Sequence record: NC_061448.1 | Direction: 5' to 3' (one strand) | Length of the DNA: 64,000 bases | Shown here: positions 1 through 9,556 of the stretch, piece after piece | Position numbering within the stretch: the first letter of the stretch is position 1 | How the letters are laid out: the number at the start of each line of letters is the position of its first letter | Made by a program: the position numbers and the translations under genes | Notes under the pieces: model-generated | What the model saw: the letters and a program-made list of their open reading frames with translations, nothing else | What the model was told of the DNA's origin: nothing | The model's database searches: none

Positions 1-401
1 TACGGTTTCGTTTCAAACACATACTCCATCAACCACTCAAGAGATCTACCGTATGTGCCTTTCTTCGACTTAGCATATCGCCCGACAGCAACATTATCGC
101 CACCACGCTTGTGTCCAAAGACCATTGGCAGCTTTTCTTTCCCTAATGAGCTTGGAAACGGCACCCAGACCCGTCCAAACTTCTTTTTCTTGTGTTTACG
201 CGCAGGATAAAGACTGCATTGAAGAATGTGCCAGAAGAATAAGTTCAATTGAGCACGAAACTCACGTTGGTCCGCATCAGGCCCATCGTACGGGCAAGCG
301 TTTATAACGTTGTCTCGCACCCAAATAACGACTTCCTTCTCCTGGTACGAGGGATTCGTGATCAACACGGGCCCTTGTCCGGAAACGATTCGTTTTTTCA
401 T
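1..401 (-). CDS. hypothetical protein, truncated at left window edge (MKKRIVSGQGPVLITNPSY...)
   Basis: Hand translation: ATG at 401 opens a stop-free minus-strand frame to base 1; not in ORF track because it lacks a stop. Confidence 0.7.
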   Translation of the reverse strand, partial: MKKRIVSGQGPVLITNPSYQEKEVVIWVRDNVINACPYDGPDADQREFRAQLNLFFWHILQCSLYPARKHKKKKFGRVWVPFPSSLGKEKLPMVFGHKRGGDNVAVGRYAKSKKGTYGRSLEWLMEYVFETKP

Positions 402-467
402 GTTCACATCATGATTACCTGATTTTTCTATCGTTTCTTTTACAGAATCAGACAACTCTGAATCCCG

Positions 468-556
468 TACAGCTACAGCGGAGCTACTACAGGACAGCTG
501 GGCTACAGCGGGCTTGCTACAACGCTCGTGGTACGCTTGAACATTACTACTACAGG
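468..556. repeat. cluster of short CTACAG-core repeats in a ~400 bp non-coding gap
   Basis: GCTACAGCGG at 472 and 502; CTACTACAGG at 484 and 547; GCTACAACG at 516. Confidence 0.6.
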
Positions 557-739
557 TACATCTTTAGGCGGCACGTTTTGAGATAGCTAAAATCGAGAAG
601 ATCGCAGCTTTAACAGCCCGAACATATACCCTCAGGCGCTCTATCAAGCAAAGTAGCAGGTCAATTTAGGTCGTCTAAACCGTGTAAATTTTCCGACAAA
701 AGCAGTACATTTTTCACCCAAATGCCCTGTTTTGTCACT

Positions 740-778
740 AAAAATGAGGATAAACCGAATAAATTCAAAGGTTTATCC
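740..778 (-). terminator. intrinsic terminator after the minus-strand 802-2581 operon
   Basis: GGATAAACC(748-756)/GGTTTATCC(770-778) stem, followed on the minus strand by TCATTTTT. Confidence 0.6.
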
Positions 779-801
779 CCTTTTCGAAACGAAAAATCAG
801 A

Positions 802-1461
802 TTATTTTTTCTGTGAAACGCGTTTTCCGAGCTTAACGCCGATTTGAGTCAGGATGCGTTTGACAGTCTCGCCGTCGTGTTCTGCCATTGCAGAAGCTAA
901 ACGTTCGCCCTGTTCGCGCGATAGCTCTGGCATAACCATTTTAAGCATCTGCGAACGCATCTTAGCAGACTTCGAGCGCCCTTTTGAGACAGACACGCCC
1001 TCGTTCGCAGTCAACGCACTACTAATCGCTTTCTGCACACGACGATCACCGAAAATGTCGCCGAATACATCACCGAACAGGTCTTTGAACGACAGTCCGC
1101 CGCTCATAATGTCGTTCTTAGTGAAACGAACAGGCTGTCCGAGTGCATTCACTTTATCGCAATGCACGGACTCAACTTCATTCGTTGTGCGTCCACCAGC
1201 ACGGAAGTTCTCGTCAGGGCGTGACGCTTTGCCCTCTGCGCCTGGCTTAGTGTTGCCGTTACGCAGATCTGCATCGCCTTCGACAGCTTTATCAGGGTCA
1301 AACATGTCGTCAGCTTTCGCGCTCTGATTCGCGTCGAACGGAATCTTACCTGTCAGCTTGTTTGGATCTGGCCAGCTATCAGGAATGTCAGACGCAGGCT
1401 GAGGCTTGTTTGTCATATCGCCGTTCGCTTCACCGCTCAAGCTAATCGTAATACGTGCCAT
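802..1461 (-). CDS. hypothetical, probable virion/head-associated protein
   Basis: GGAG RBS before ATG 1461; N-terminus MARITISLS; polar low-complexity middle. Confidence 0.7.
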   Translation of the reverse strand: MARITISLSGEANGDMTNKPQPASDIPDSWPDPNKLTGKIPFDANQSAKADDMFDPDKAVEGDADLRNGNTKPGAEGKASRPDENFRAGGRTTNEVESVHCDKVNALGQPVRFTKNDIMSGGLSFKDLFGDVFGDIFGDRRVQKAISSALTANEGVSVSKGRSKSAKMRSQMLKMVMPELSREQGERLASAMAEHDGETVKRILTQIGVKLGKRVSQKK

Positions 1462-1471
1462 TGTTTTTCTC

Positions 1472-2581
1472 CTAGAGAATTTTGAAGCCTTTGAAAATGT
1501 TGTACGCAATCTCTTTGCGCTGTACAGGACGAGTGACGCACACCCATTCCCACTGATCGTTCTTCGCTGTGCGTTTCTTCGGTGCTTCCATTACTTTCAG
1601 CACGTAGTTTTTGAAAGGCAGAACGAGAATGTCTTCTGGTTCAATCGCACCGCTACGCGCTGGCAGCACGACCGTGATGTTACCAACAGTCAGCTCCTGA
1701 TCGTAGTTTAACACGTTTGCTTCTTCGCTCATGTTGCCCTTGACAGGCGGAACACCCAAGTCGAAGATCATTGTGACGTGCGTGAACGCTTCAATCCCTT
1801 TGATGCGAATCGTTACGTGCTTGCCTCGCCACGGCTCCAGATTCTTCGCTGTCAGTTCGACTTCAACGCCGTTCACAAGCAGCATAGGACGTGGGAAAGC
1901 AGGTAACATACTTTCGTTTAGACGTACCGAATAAGTCGCCTGCGTAAAGTATTTTGGGATAAGCTGATCAAAATCAGCGTAACCTTCTTTGCGAACTTGT
2001 CTGAACGTCGCAGGGCTGGTGGACTGATCGAGCGTATAGCCTGTCAGCTCCTTGATGTGATAGTGCGTAGCGACGTTGTAGACAAAGCCTGTGCTGATGA
2101 AGCCCGGCACTACACCCTGACGGTAACAGATACCGCAGTTCGCAACGTTACCACCATCCCATTTAACGTCGAACTCTTCACCAGAGTCAACGCCCATAAT
2201 GTCTGCTGCATCCATGACAGCGTTCATACCGTCGTCAATATCATCGAGAGAAACTGCTTGACGCCCACCGCCAAACATTCCTTTTGATACTGTGCCGATC
2301 TTAACGCCGCCGTTCATTGCGTCAGACTCACGACCGAGAGACTTCACTCCGGCCGGTATGTTATCCATGATATCGTTCTCGACCTTGTTGCAACTACAGG
2401 TGAGACCCATCTTTGCTTTCTTGAAGATAACGATATCGGTGGCATCAACCTCCAATGCCTGTTCGACTTTTGACTGCACTACCTTCTGGACGGAATCGAG
2501 GCGTCGTTGAACGCGCTCCGTTTCGTAGGTCTTGTGCCTGTCATAAGTATTTCGTGGTCTTCCACGTTCAATCCAGCTCAT
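1472..2581 (-). CDS. conserved hypothetical protein (CxC and CxxC motifs), probable virion protein
   Basis: 369-aa ORF with GAGGAG RBS; LTCSC and NCGIC motifs. Confidence 0.7.
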   Translation of the reverse strand: MSWIERGRPRNTYDRHKTYETERVQRRLDSVQKVVQSKVEQALEVDATDIVIFKKAKMGLTCSCNKVENDIMDNIPAGVKSLGRESDAMNGGVKIGTVSKGMFGGGRQAVSLDDIDDGMNAVMDAADIMGVDSGEEFDVKWDGGNVANCGICYRQGVVPGFISTGFVYNVATHYHIKELTGYTLDQSTSPATFRQVRKEGYADFDQLIPKYFTQATYSVRLNESMLPAFPRPMLLVNGVEVELTAKNLEPWRGKHVTIRIKGIEAFTHVTMIFDLGVPPVKGNMSEEANVLNYDQELTVGNITVVLPARSGAIEPEDILVLPFKNYVLKVMEAPKKRTAKNDQWEWVCVTRPVQRKEIAYNIFKGFKIL

Positions 2582-2648
2582 AGAAGTTCTCCTCTGTGTG
2601 CTTGAAATTAGTGATATAATATTTCGGACCTTCGACCCGGCAAATACT

Positions 2649-2657
2649 TATTTATAG
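2649..2657 (-). promoter_or_regulatory. CTATAAATA putative phage-sigma promoter
   Basis: Intergenic, oriented toward ORF 2581; contains the T4 late-type TATAAATA. Confidence 0.45.
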
Positions 2658-2680
2658 CATGTTAAATCACGGAGCCTAAC

Positions 2681-3229
2681 ATGCGTATTCTCTCAGGCGA
2701 CCCGGGAAAGGTTAACTTCGCGTTGTCTGTTCAGGAGTTTAAGGACAATCGCATTAACATACTCGGGACGCGGATGTTTCAAAATCCAATCCAGAACCTG
2801 CATTACGATATGCGCGATCCTGTCAAACAGTTCACTAAAGAGCTTGAAGACATATGGAAGCGCTACGGACCGTTTGATGCGATGTGCTTCGAGCGTTTTC
2901 AATCGCGTGGACTTGGCGGTAACACCATTGAAGCAATCAGTCTTATGCTCGGTGTGCTGTCCGTGTTCGCACTGAAAAAGAACTGCCCTATCGATCTGAT
3001 TACGGCGAGTCAGTGGAAGAACGCGTTTAACCGCACGATGAACCTCAAAGAGTATTACGCGCATTACAACCTGACGTCCAAAAAGAGTCGCAAAGCGATT
3101 CACGAATTTGATGCAAGCCTTATCGGCATGTATACCTTCTACCGCCACACGAACCGGAAACCTTTCGTAGGCTTCAACAGAATCGTTGATGTGTACGTTC
3201 CGAAGTTCTTGGCTGCACCTGTATTGTGA
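2681..3229 (+). CDS. ruvC: RuvC-like Holliday junction resolvase
   Basis: ILSGDPG, FERFQ and HEFDA motifs give the RNase H-fold D/E/D catalytic set. Confidence 0.75.
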   Translation: MRILSGDPGKVNFALSVQEFKDNRINILGTRMFQNPIQNLHYDMRDPVKQFTKELEDIWKRYGPFDAMCFERFQSRGLGGNTIEAISLMLGVLSVFALKKNCPIDLITASQWKNAFNRTMNLKEYYAHYNLTSKKSRKAIHEFDASLIGMYTFYRHTNRKPFVGFNRIVDVYVPKFLAAPVL

Positions 3230-3236
3230 GGCAAAC

Positions 3237-3602
3237 ATGAAACAAGAACAACTGACCAAAACTGTCTTCGATGTACTGTCCGAATTCGGCATCGCAATGT
3301 TCCTCGATCGTGGTGAAGTCGGCTACAACGGTGAGAACTACGCTACGTTTGAAACGCTGTTCAGCGTAAAGTCTGATGTGGAAGGTACTACGTTAGCGCA
3401 AGACCTTCGCGCTAAGATCTCCGAGCATCTGGAGAAGCTGAAAGCGGAAGGTATGACGCGCAATTACAATGGCAACACGCAGCGTATGTCTGTTGTCATT
3501 GAGTCACCGAAACTTACGTACCGTGAGCCGACGGCAAACGAAATCCCCAACGGTGTTCTGTACTCAGTCTCCATAGGCTTCCCCTTAATTCTGGCCAATT
3601 AA
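3237..3602 (+). CDS. hypothetical protein
   Basis: GAGG RBS before ATG 3237. Confidence 0.7.
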   Translation: MKQEQLTKTVFDVLSEFGIAMFLDRGEVGYNGENYATFETLFSVKSDVEGTTLAQDLRAKISEHLEKLKAEGMTRNYNGNTQRMSVVIESPKLTYREPTANEIPNGVLYSVSIGFPLILAN

Positions 3603-3603
3603 T

Positions 3604-3612
3604 CTGTAAATA
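3604..3612 (+). promoter_or_regulatory. CTGTAAATA putative phage-sigma promoter
   Basis: Intergenic, 36 nt before ATG 3649; recurrent motif. Confidence 0.55.
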
Positions 3613-3648
3613 TCCTTACTTGGTTAATGTGGCTTGTGGGGTATAGAA

Positions 3649-4341
3649 ATGGCGAAGTTGAAGAAAGAACGAGAAGTCAAAGTCAAGGCTGCAAAGCCTA
3701 AGAAAGCTGCGACAAAGAAAACAAAGAAAGCAAAAGCTAAAGCAATTCCTATTCGTGTTGTGCAGGATATGCGTCCAATAATTCATTGTCCTGAAATGGA
3801 AGACAAGCCTCAACCGTTTCGTTTTCGTGGGCAGTGCCCAATCACAACATGTCAGTATTGCACACGCGAAACGCCTACCGGATGTATGGCGCTTGACCGT
3901 AAAGAAGCTGCCGACCGTTCAATCTCTAACAGGGAGATCGCTTATTACAAACGTGGCCTCTTCCCGGAACTCAAAGAGATGGATCAAAAGCAGTTGGACA
4001 ACACGATTCGACGCGCACAAAATCGTACCCGTACTGCTATCTGTCTTACTATGTTTATTGCCGGGATTGATGATAGTGATTGCGATAGAACTTTTGTTTA
4101 CGTAGAAGGTCGCAGTCGCATCGTCGATCAGGTGCACAACTATCTGGTGCAGACGTTCAATGATTACCGTCCGTGGATGCTTGCGTATCTCGACGACGAA
4201 GAACGATTTGCTAAGATGGTGGGCAAGATAACCAATTCCGACTTTAATTTAGGTATGGCACTGCGCTTGACGCCTCGTAAGTATCAGACGTTCTGCCAGT
4301 CGCTGCAAAACCTTAAACAATCTGGAGACTCAAATGAGTGA
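3649..4341 (+). CDS. hypothetical protein with Lys/Ala-rich N-terminus and Cys cluster (CPITTCQYC...GC)
   Basis: ORF track; putative Zn-binding motif. Confidence 0.7.
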   Translation: MAKLKKEREVKVKAAKPKKAATKKTKKAKAKAIPIRVVQDMRPIIHCPEMEDKPQPFRFRGQCPITTCQYCTRETPTGCMALDRKEAADRSISNREIAYYKRGLFPELKEMDQKQLDNTIRRAQNRTRTAICLTMFIAGIDDSDCDRTFVYVEGRSRIVDQVHNYLVQTFNDYRPWMLAYLDDEERFAKMVGKITNSDFNLGMALRLTPRKYQTFCQSLQNLKQSGDSNE

Positions 4342-6103
4342 AATCTTCTCTCTCGATCAGTATCGCGCTATGATTAAGCGCAACATCCTGAGCGAGCCTC
4401 AGATGCTGGTGAAGAACCAAACCCAACCACTGGGTCAAATCTCTTTCCAGTGTCCCGGCGACAACTTCAAAATGAAGGACGTCATCATCCCTGCTACGCG
4501 TAACGCTGTCGACCTGACTCAGCAAGCTCCGTTAGAAAACCTGCTGGCGTGTAGCCAACTGAAATCTCTGATCCAGTTGCAGCGCGTTGTACTGCTGAAC
4601 CCTGACGATATGCCACAACCGGGCGAAGGTATTCCTCAGCCTTCTCTGTCTCAACCGCCTGTCGCTGGTGCACTGTCTGTTGACGGTACAACTATCCCGA
4701 ACGCGACTGTGATCGTTGAGCAGAATGGCAACGTCTGGACCGGCACTTCAAATGGCGCTGGCGTGTTTACTGTTGACGTGTCTGGTCTTGAACAGGGTGC
4801 GTTCTCAATCACTGTTACTGCTGACGGTTTCACACCTGCTCGTTACAACTACGAAGCTGGTGAACAGCCTCTGCAACCAATGCCTGAGCCTACCGTACAC
4901 GCTGTCTTTAATGAGACAACTGTTTCCGGTACGACTGTTGCGAATGCTAATATCGTTGTAACAGTAGCGAGCAAAGCATTCACTGGACAAGCAGACGGCA
5001 CTGGTGCGTTCTCTATTGCTGTTGACCCACTGCCGTTTGGCACAATCCATCTGGCATTTGACGCGCCTGGCTATCTGATCAAACAGATCGATGTTGTTAC
5101 CGATAGCGTTCCGGGCGTTGCGCAGATTAACAGCGCAGCTTTCCTGTCTACCGCACTTGCAGGTAAAGCAAACCCTAACGGTGAAGTCGAAATCCTGATC
5201 GACGGTCAGTCTAACCAGTTCGTCACTGCTGATGCAAGCGGCAACTGGACTGCGACTGTCGGCGCTATTAAAGGCGCTGTGTCTATTCGTGCTGTTGAGA
5301 TTGACGGTTACGATGAAGCAACTGCGACAATGCAACCGACTAAACTCCAGTTCGGTGCTATCGCAGTTGACGATGCAGATGCGTTCGGTGAGAATCGTAC
5401 CACGGTAACTGGTACTATCGCTGGTCTGAATGCCGAAGCGAACGACATTGCTGTGACCGTGACTGTTCAGGCGGGTCTGTACGAAGGTACAGTCAATCTG
5501 TCTGCCGGTACTTTCAACATCGCTGGTGTTGATGCGAAAGCAGGTGTGGGCGCTACTGGCGTTGTTAATGTTACCTCTGCGTTTTACGAAGATGGTAGCA
5601 CGTCGTTCACGATTCTGGAAGAGTTCACTGCACCTACTCTTGAGCAGGCTGTTGATGGGCAGACTTCTGTTATCGGTACTACCGTTGCAAGCACCACAGT
5701 TAAAGTCACCATGAACGGTGAAACTAAAACTGCGTCTTCAAACGCGCAGGGTGCATTCAGCGTTTCAGGCTTCACGAATGTTGTGCCGGGTCCTGTTCAG
5801 ATTGAACTGTCTCGCGCTCAATATCTGACAGCCTCCTTCGAAGTGAATCAGACTGTACAGGCTCGCGGTGAGCTTGATGCAGATCTGAAAGCGGGTGAAG
5901 ATACTGCTACAGGTTTAGCAACCCCAGGTTCCACTGTGACTCTGACTCAGGGTAGTGTTACCGGTGATGCTGTAGCAGACGCGAGCACTGGCGAGTTCAT
6001 TATTACTCTGTCTGGTACTCTGGTCGATGGACAAGCTACGCTGACCGTTAAACATGCGGGCTACGTTGACTTTACTGACACTTTGGCTGTCGCTACAGCT
6101 TAA
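4334..6103 (+). CDS. Ig-like repeat virion decoration/fibre protein
   Basis: Repeated ~75-85 aa Gly/Thr/Ala/Val-rich units (GT..ANA.V.V...G......A...G.F.+), bacterial Ig-like pattern. Confidence 0.75.
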   Translation: MSEIFSLDQYRAMIKRNILSEPQMLVKNQTQPLGQISFQCPGDNFKMKDVIIPATRNAVDLTQQAPLENLLACSQLKSLIQLQRVVLLNPDDMPQPGEGIPQPSLSQPPVAGALSVDGTTIPNATVIVEQNGNVWTGTSNGAGVFTVDVSGLEQGAFSITVTADGFTPARYNYEAGEQPLQPMPEPTVHAVFNETTVSGTTVANANIVVTVASKAFTGQADGTGAFSIAVDPLPFGTIHLAFDAPGYLIKQIDVVTDSVPGVAQINSAAFLSTALAGKANPNGEVEILIDGQSNQFVTADASGNWTATVGAIKGAVSIRAVEIDGYDEATATMQPTKLQFGAIAVDDADAFGENRTTVTGTIAGLNAEANDIAVTVTVQAGLYEGTVNLSAGTFNIAGVDAKAGVGATGVVNVTSAFYEDGSTSFTILEEFTAPTLEQAVDGQTSVIGTTVASTTVKVTMNGETKTASSNAQGAFSVSGFTNVVPGPVQIELSRAQYLTASFEVNQTVQARGELDADLKAGEDTATGLATPGSTVTLTQGSVTGDAVADASTGEFIITLSGTLVDGQATLTVKHAGYVDFTDTLAVATA

Positions 6104-6111
6104 TCCTTTGA

Positions 6112-6129
6112 TAGGGGCTTCGGCCCCTA
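6112..6129 (+). terminator. GC hairpin with TTCG loop (weak terminator or processing site)
   Basis: TAGGGGC-TTCG-GCCCCTA; no U-tract. Confidence 0.45.
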
Positions 6130-6156
6130 AACTGAACTGAAATTCGGAGAACTACC

Positions 6157-6822
6157 ATGAGCGTTAAAAAGAGCAACACCACTGTTAAGCCTATCACTCT
6201 CGCAACTTACAACGAACGTTACGGTGACGACATTGTTGCACCTATGTACGTTGCTAACCGTACTGAACCGCGCGGTAACGTAGCATTCAGCGCGAAAGAC
6301 GATCTGGGCCAGCCTGTTGCAGTTGTCGTACCGGCAACCTTCATCCCTGTCGACCTGACTCAGCAAGCAACCAAAGCAAGCCTGTTGCAGTCTACCCACC
6401 TGCGTCGCGCACTGCGTATGAACCAGCTGGTGATCATCGACACTAAGAGCGCGGAAGAATATCTTCGTACCAGTGCTCTGGCGCAAGCTGAGATGCGTAA
6501 CCTGAACAAGATGAACGCGTCTATCTCTGCTGACCTGAACGAATACGAAGACGGCGAGCTGGCTGAAATCGATCTGGGCGGCGGTACTCGCAAGAAAGAG
6601 ATTCACTTCGAAGGCGCAGAACAGCTTTCTGAAAACCAGTTCGTTAACGCATTCATTCTGCGAGCTGCTTCTGACAGCGAAGAATCTGACGACAACCTCG
6701 TTCGTGAGTTCCTGTCTCGCGGCCTGAGCCTGCCGGTATCTGAACTGAAAATCCTGCGCGAGCACATCACTCGTCCTGCAATCGTTGACCTGATCGTTCA
6801 GGCGCTCGACGACGCAGAATAA
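6157..6822 (+). CDS. probable virion protein; shares N-terminal domain with 4334-6103
   Basis: GGAG RBS; strong phage codon bias; PAT..VDLTQQA motif. Confidence 0.75.
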   Translation: MSVKKSNTTVKPITLATYNERYGDDIVAPMYVANRTEPRGNVAFSAKDDLGQPVAVVVPATFIPVDLTQQATKASLLQSTHLRRALRMNQLVIIDTKSAEEYLRTSALAQAEMRNLNKMNASISADLNEYEDGELAEIDLGGGTRKKEIHFEGAEQLSENQFVNAFILRAASDSEESDDNLVREFLSRGLSLPVSELKILREHITRPAIVDLIVQALDDAE

Positions 6823-6835
6823 AAGTCCTACAGAC

Positions 6836-6875
6836 AAAAAAAAATGGGAGGCCCCGAAAGGAGTCTCCCATTTTT
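6836..6875. terminator. bidirectional intrinsic terminator
   Basis: A-run + ATGGGAGGCCCC-GAAA-GGAGTCTCCCAT + T-run between convergent genes. Confidence 0.8.
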
Positions 6876-6876
6876 A

Positions 6877-7047
6877 TTACTGCGCTTGTTGTCGTAGACG
6901 ATCAAGGAATGCTGATGATTCGCCTGGCTTAATCGTTCGTGGTTCAACTTTGATACGATTGATACGACGCTGCATGTTACGACGATAGCGTTCACGCAGA
7001 GCCTGCACCGAGTGTTGCTTAAACTGTGATCTGAACTTCAGGGCCAT
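6877..7047 (-). CDS. small basic hypothetical protein
   Basis: AAGGA RBS before ATG 7047; Arg-rich; directly follows primase. Confidence 0.55.
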   Translation of the reverse strand: MALKFRSQFKQHSVQALRERYRRNMQRRINRIKVEPRTIKPGESSAFLDRLRQQAQ

Positions 7048-7048
7048 G

Positions 7049-8107
7049 TTATTTCCTTTTGTTCTCAATTGCTTTCGGACGATTCCAACCTAACGCTTTC
7101 GCTGGCATGATACACTTCTTACCGTGAATGTCACGCAGCGTCATGCGAACTTCTTTGATCAATTTGAACGGTGCGTTATCAGGGTCGAGCTTAATCAGCT
7201 TGCCGTCTTCATCAAACTCACGAGGTAACTTGAAGTGCTTAACTGGTACTGGGGAGTTGCGCTCAAACTCCTCTTTGATTTTTGTACGCAACAACTTCCC
7301 GCCACCATCGTTATCTGTCATCGTGTAGACAACGCTCACACCCAGCATCTCAATTGTTCTTCGTTTCGTTTCACCGAACTGCTCTGCACCAAGCACCGCC
7401 AACGCCGGTATGCCATACGATAAAAGAGCGAGCGCATCACGAGGACCTTCCACCAGCACAATGTATCGCAGTTTATATTTCTTCAAACACTCTTTCACAA
7501 GCGGCAGCGGGAACAGGCCTTTGTCTTTTGCCCAATCGCCTTGCGAGTTCACATAGCTGGTGCCGTTCATTTGCTTACGCAGATACGCAGCGATACCGCC
7601 TATGTATTTCGTGCCATGTTTACACGGGAAGAAGCAAACGTTGGTGCCTGTGTGCTGTGCATTAAGCAGACCACCAGCAGCACGAACAAGCGCACCTGGA
7701 TAGCCACGCCACTCAACATCAAGCGGCCACTCCATGTAGCTCTTACGACCGAGCGCTTTCATCAACAGACCGACAGAAGGGTATGTACCAATCTTCGAAC
7801 CAATCTGCTCATACGTTTTAAGCAACGCACTGAGAGAGTTCGTGCCGGCGTCTTTCAACGCCCAGCCTTTAATCTCTTGCAGTCGCGCGTGTGCCGCTAA
7901 TTTGTTCCAACCGCCTTTCTCACCGCAACCGAAGCAGTGAAAGAATCCTAGAGGAATCTCCATCCCTACAGAAGTGTAAATACCACAACTAGGAGTCTTA
8001 TCGCTGTGGAAAGGACAGCACACCATAACAGTGTCGCCGTTATATTTCTTGTCGCCCGGCAATTTGCCGATCTCGTCAAGTATTATCTGATGGACATCTT
8101 CTGCCAT
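7049..8107 (-). CDS. dnaG: DNA primase (CHC2 zinc finger + TOPRIM)
   Basis: VCCPFHSDKTPS...FHCFGCG zinc finger; LVEGPRDAL and TDNDGGG TOPRIM motifs. Confidence 0.9.
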   Translation of the reverse strand: MAEDVHQIILDEIGKLPGDKKYNGDTVMVCCPFHSDKTPSCGIYTSVGMEIPLGFFHCFGCGEKGGWNKLAAHARLQEIKGWALKDAGTNSLSALLKTYEQIGSKIGTYPSVGLLMKALGRKSYMEWPLDVEWRGYPGALVRAAGGLLNAQHTGTNVCFFPCKHGTKYIGGIAAYLRKQMNGTSYVNSQGDWAKDKGLFPLPLVKECLKKYKLRYIVLVEGPRDALALLSYGIPALAVLGAEQFGETKRRTIEMLGVSVVYTMTDNDGGGKLLRTKIKEEFERNSPVPVKHFKLPREFDEDGKLIKLDPDNAPFKLIKEVRMTLRDIHGKKCIMPAKALGWNRPKAIENKRK

Positions 8108-8147
8108 ACCATCCTCTGTTCGTTTCGTAATTTAACGCATATAAGCA

Positions 8148-8156
8148 TATTTACAG
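8148..8156 (-). promoter_or_regulatory. CTGTAAATA putative phage-sigma promoter for primase
   Basis: TATTTACAG on plus strand, 40 nt before primase ATG. Confidence 0.55.
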
Positions 8157-8172
8157 AAAAGGGATAACTAGA

Positions 8173-8508
8173 ATGGGTAATCCACATCGCTACGTGCATA
8201 GTGCTGTGCGGCGCTTTTATGATAAGCACTGGTTACAGTTATGCGACCTGATAAAAGTCGAGCCTCAGACTTTAGGCGCGTTCAATACGCAGGGTGATAT
8301 GATTGGTCTGTCACTGCCTGTTGATACAGACATTGAGGCAATGACCAAGAGTCTTCGCCTGATGTACGCTACTGACGAAGAGGGTGTAGAAGTACGTTGC
8401 TACCTGTTTGGTACTCGCTACTACAAGTTCGTATTTTTTAAAGGCATGATTGCCGTAAGCGAGGATGACAATGAGAACGTTCGCAAACGTACCAGCGCGA
8501 GTCAATGA
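8173..8508 (+). CDS. hypothetical protein
   Basis: ORF track; divergent from primase. Confidence 0.65.
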   Translation: MGNPHRYVHSAVRRFYDKHWLQLCDLIKVEPQTLGAFNTQGDMIGLSLPVDTDIEAMTKSLRLMYATDEEGVEVRCYLFGTRYYKFVFFKGMIAVSEDDNENVRKRTSASQ

Positions 8509-9556
8509 TACCCGCGCATTGTCACGCATCGGCAAGATGATCGATGCTGCCCTTGACGTAAAGAATCAAGAGAAGCGCTGGCCAAAGAAACGCGTCAGCC
8601 CTTCGATGTTTCCTATCTGTGCGATTCAGGAAACAGCAAAACTGATTTACCAGAAGCACAACAACGCAATGACCGGAGAATCAGGCACGTTGCTGAACAT
8701 CTTTGCTAAAGCAGGGACAGGGATGCACGAGTCGTTGCAGAACGCTCTGGGACACAGCGGCCAGATGGTTGGTCACTGGAAATGTACGAATGACAAATGC
8801 CCTGAACACGCCAAGACTAAAGGTAAGATGGTCGACGGCAAGTATAAGAAGGGCAAGTACACGCGAACTCGAAGCACGAACAATCGCTGTCCAACGTGTG
8901 ATAAACCTATGGCTTATGCAGAACTCAAAGTCCTGTACAAGTCACTCAAAGGTTACGTTGACGGACTGATTGATAATCTTGACGGCACGTACAGCCTGAT
9001 CGATTTGAAATCGACTATGGTGAGCAAAGCTGCTGACGGAACTTTCTTCGTTAAGTACCACCGCTTCCAGATCGCAACATACGCATACCTGCTGAAAAAA
9101 CGTTACGGCTACAACATCGTGGACTATACCCTCGTTTACGTGCCACGCGACAACCCGAAGAAGTTTGTCGAAAAGACCTTTGTGTTTGACGAGGCAGAGT
9201 CGAAACGTGCCAAAGACTTTATGATGGAACAAATACGCGCATGGGATGCTGCGGTAAAATCGGCGCGCACTGGTGATCTGCTGCCAGCTCTGAAACGTAA
9301 GCCGTGCAAGAGCGCCGAGTATTATTGGGACGAGTTCCACGGATATGATACATGCCCTTTTGTTGACTATTGCTTTATTCAATCACACATGATTGACTTC
9401 ATGAAGAAGTTAGAGCAGCGAATCATGGCCAACCCCGACCTGACTTATATGGAAATCGTAAGCACAGGGCGGAAAACTCAACAACAAGGTCTGCTGCCGG
9501 ACAAGAAGCAGAAGTCTCAACGTCCGAAGCATATCGTAAAAACATTTGAGCTATGA
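8465..9556 (+). CDS. Cas4-like PD-(D/E)XK exonuclease
   Basis: VSPSMFPIC, VDGLID...LIDLKST, QIATYAY, C-terminal C..C..C; start uncertain. Confidence 0.75.
   Translation: MTMRTFANVPARVNDTRALSRIGKMIDAALDVKNQEKRWPKKRVSPSMFPICAIQETAKLIYQKHNNAMTGESGTLLNIFAKAGTGMHESLQNALGHSGQMVGHWKCTNDKCPEHAKTKGKMVDGKYKKGKYTRTRSTNNRCPTCDKPMAYAELKVLYKSLKGYVDGLIDNLDGTYSLIDLKSTMVSKAADGTFFVKYHRFQIATYAYLLKKRYGYNIVDYTLVYVPRDNPKKFVEKTFVFDEAESKRAKDFMMEQIRAWDAAVKSARTGDLLPALKRKPCKSAEYYWDEFHGYDTCPFVDYCFIQSHMIDFMKKLEQRIMANPDLTYMEIVSTGRKTQQQGLLPDKKQKSQRPKHIVKTFEL

Noticed and set aside
125-307. 60-aa plus-strand ORF from the track
   Set aside because: It overlaps the longer minus-strand frame 401->1, which is the more plausible gene.
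6127-6837. Long antisense ORFs (also 4805-5335, 17766-18575, 18603-19355, 23090-23800, 48139-49017, 54262-54972, 60620-61390)
   Set aside because: They lie opposite well-supported genes, lack convincing RBSs and motifs, and are expected shadows of the strong codon bias.
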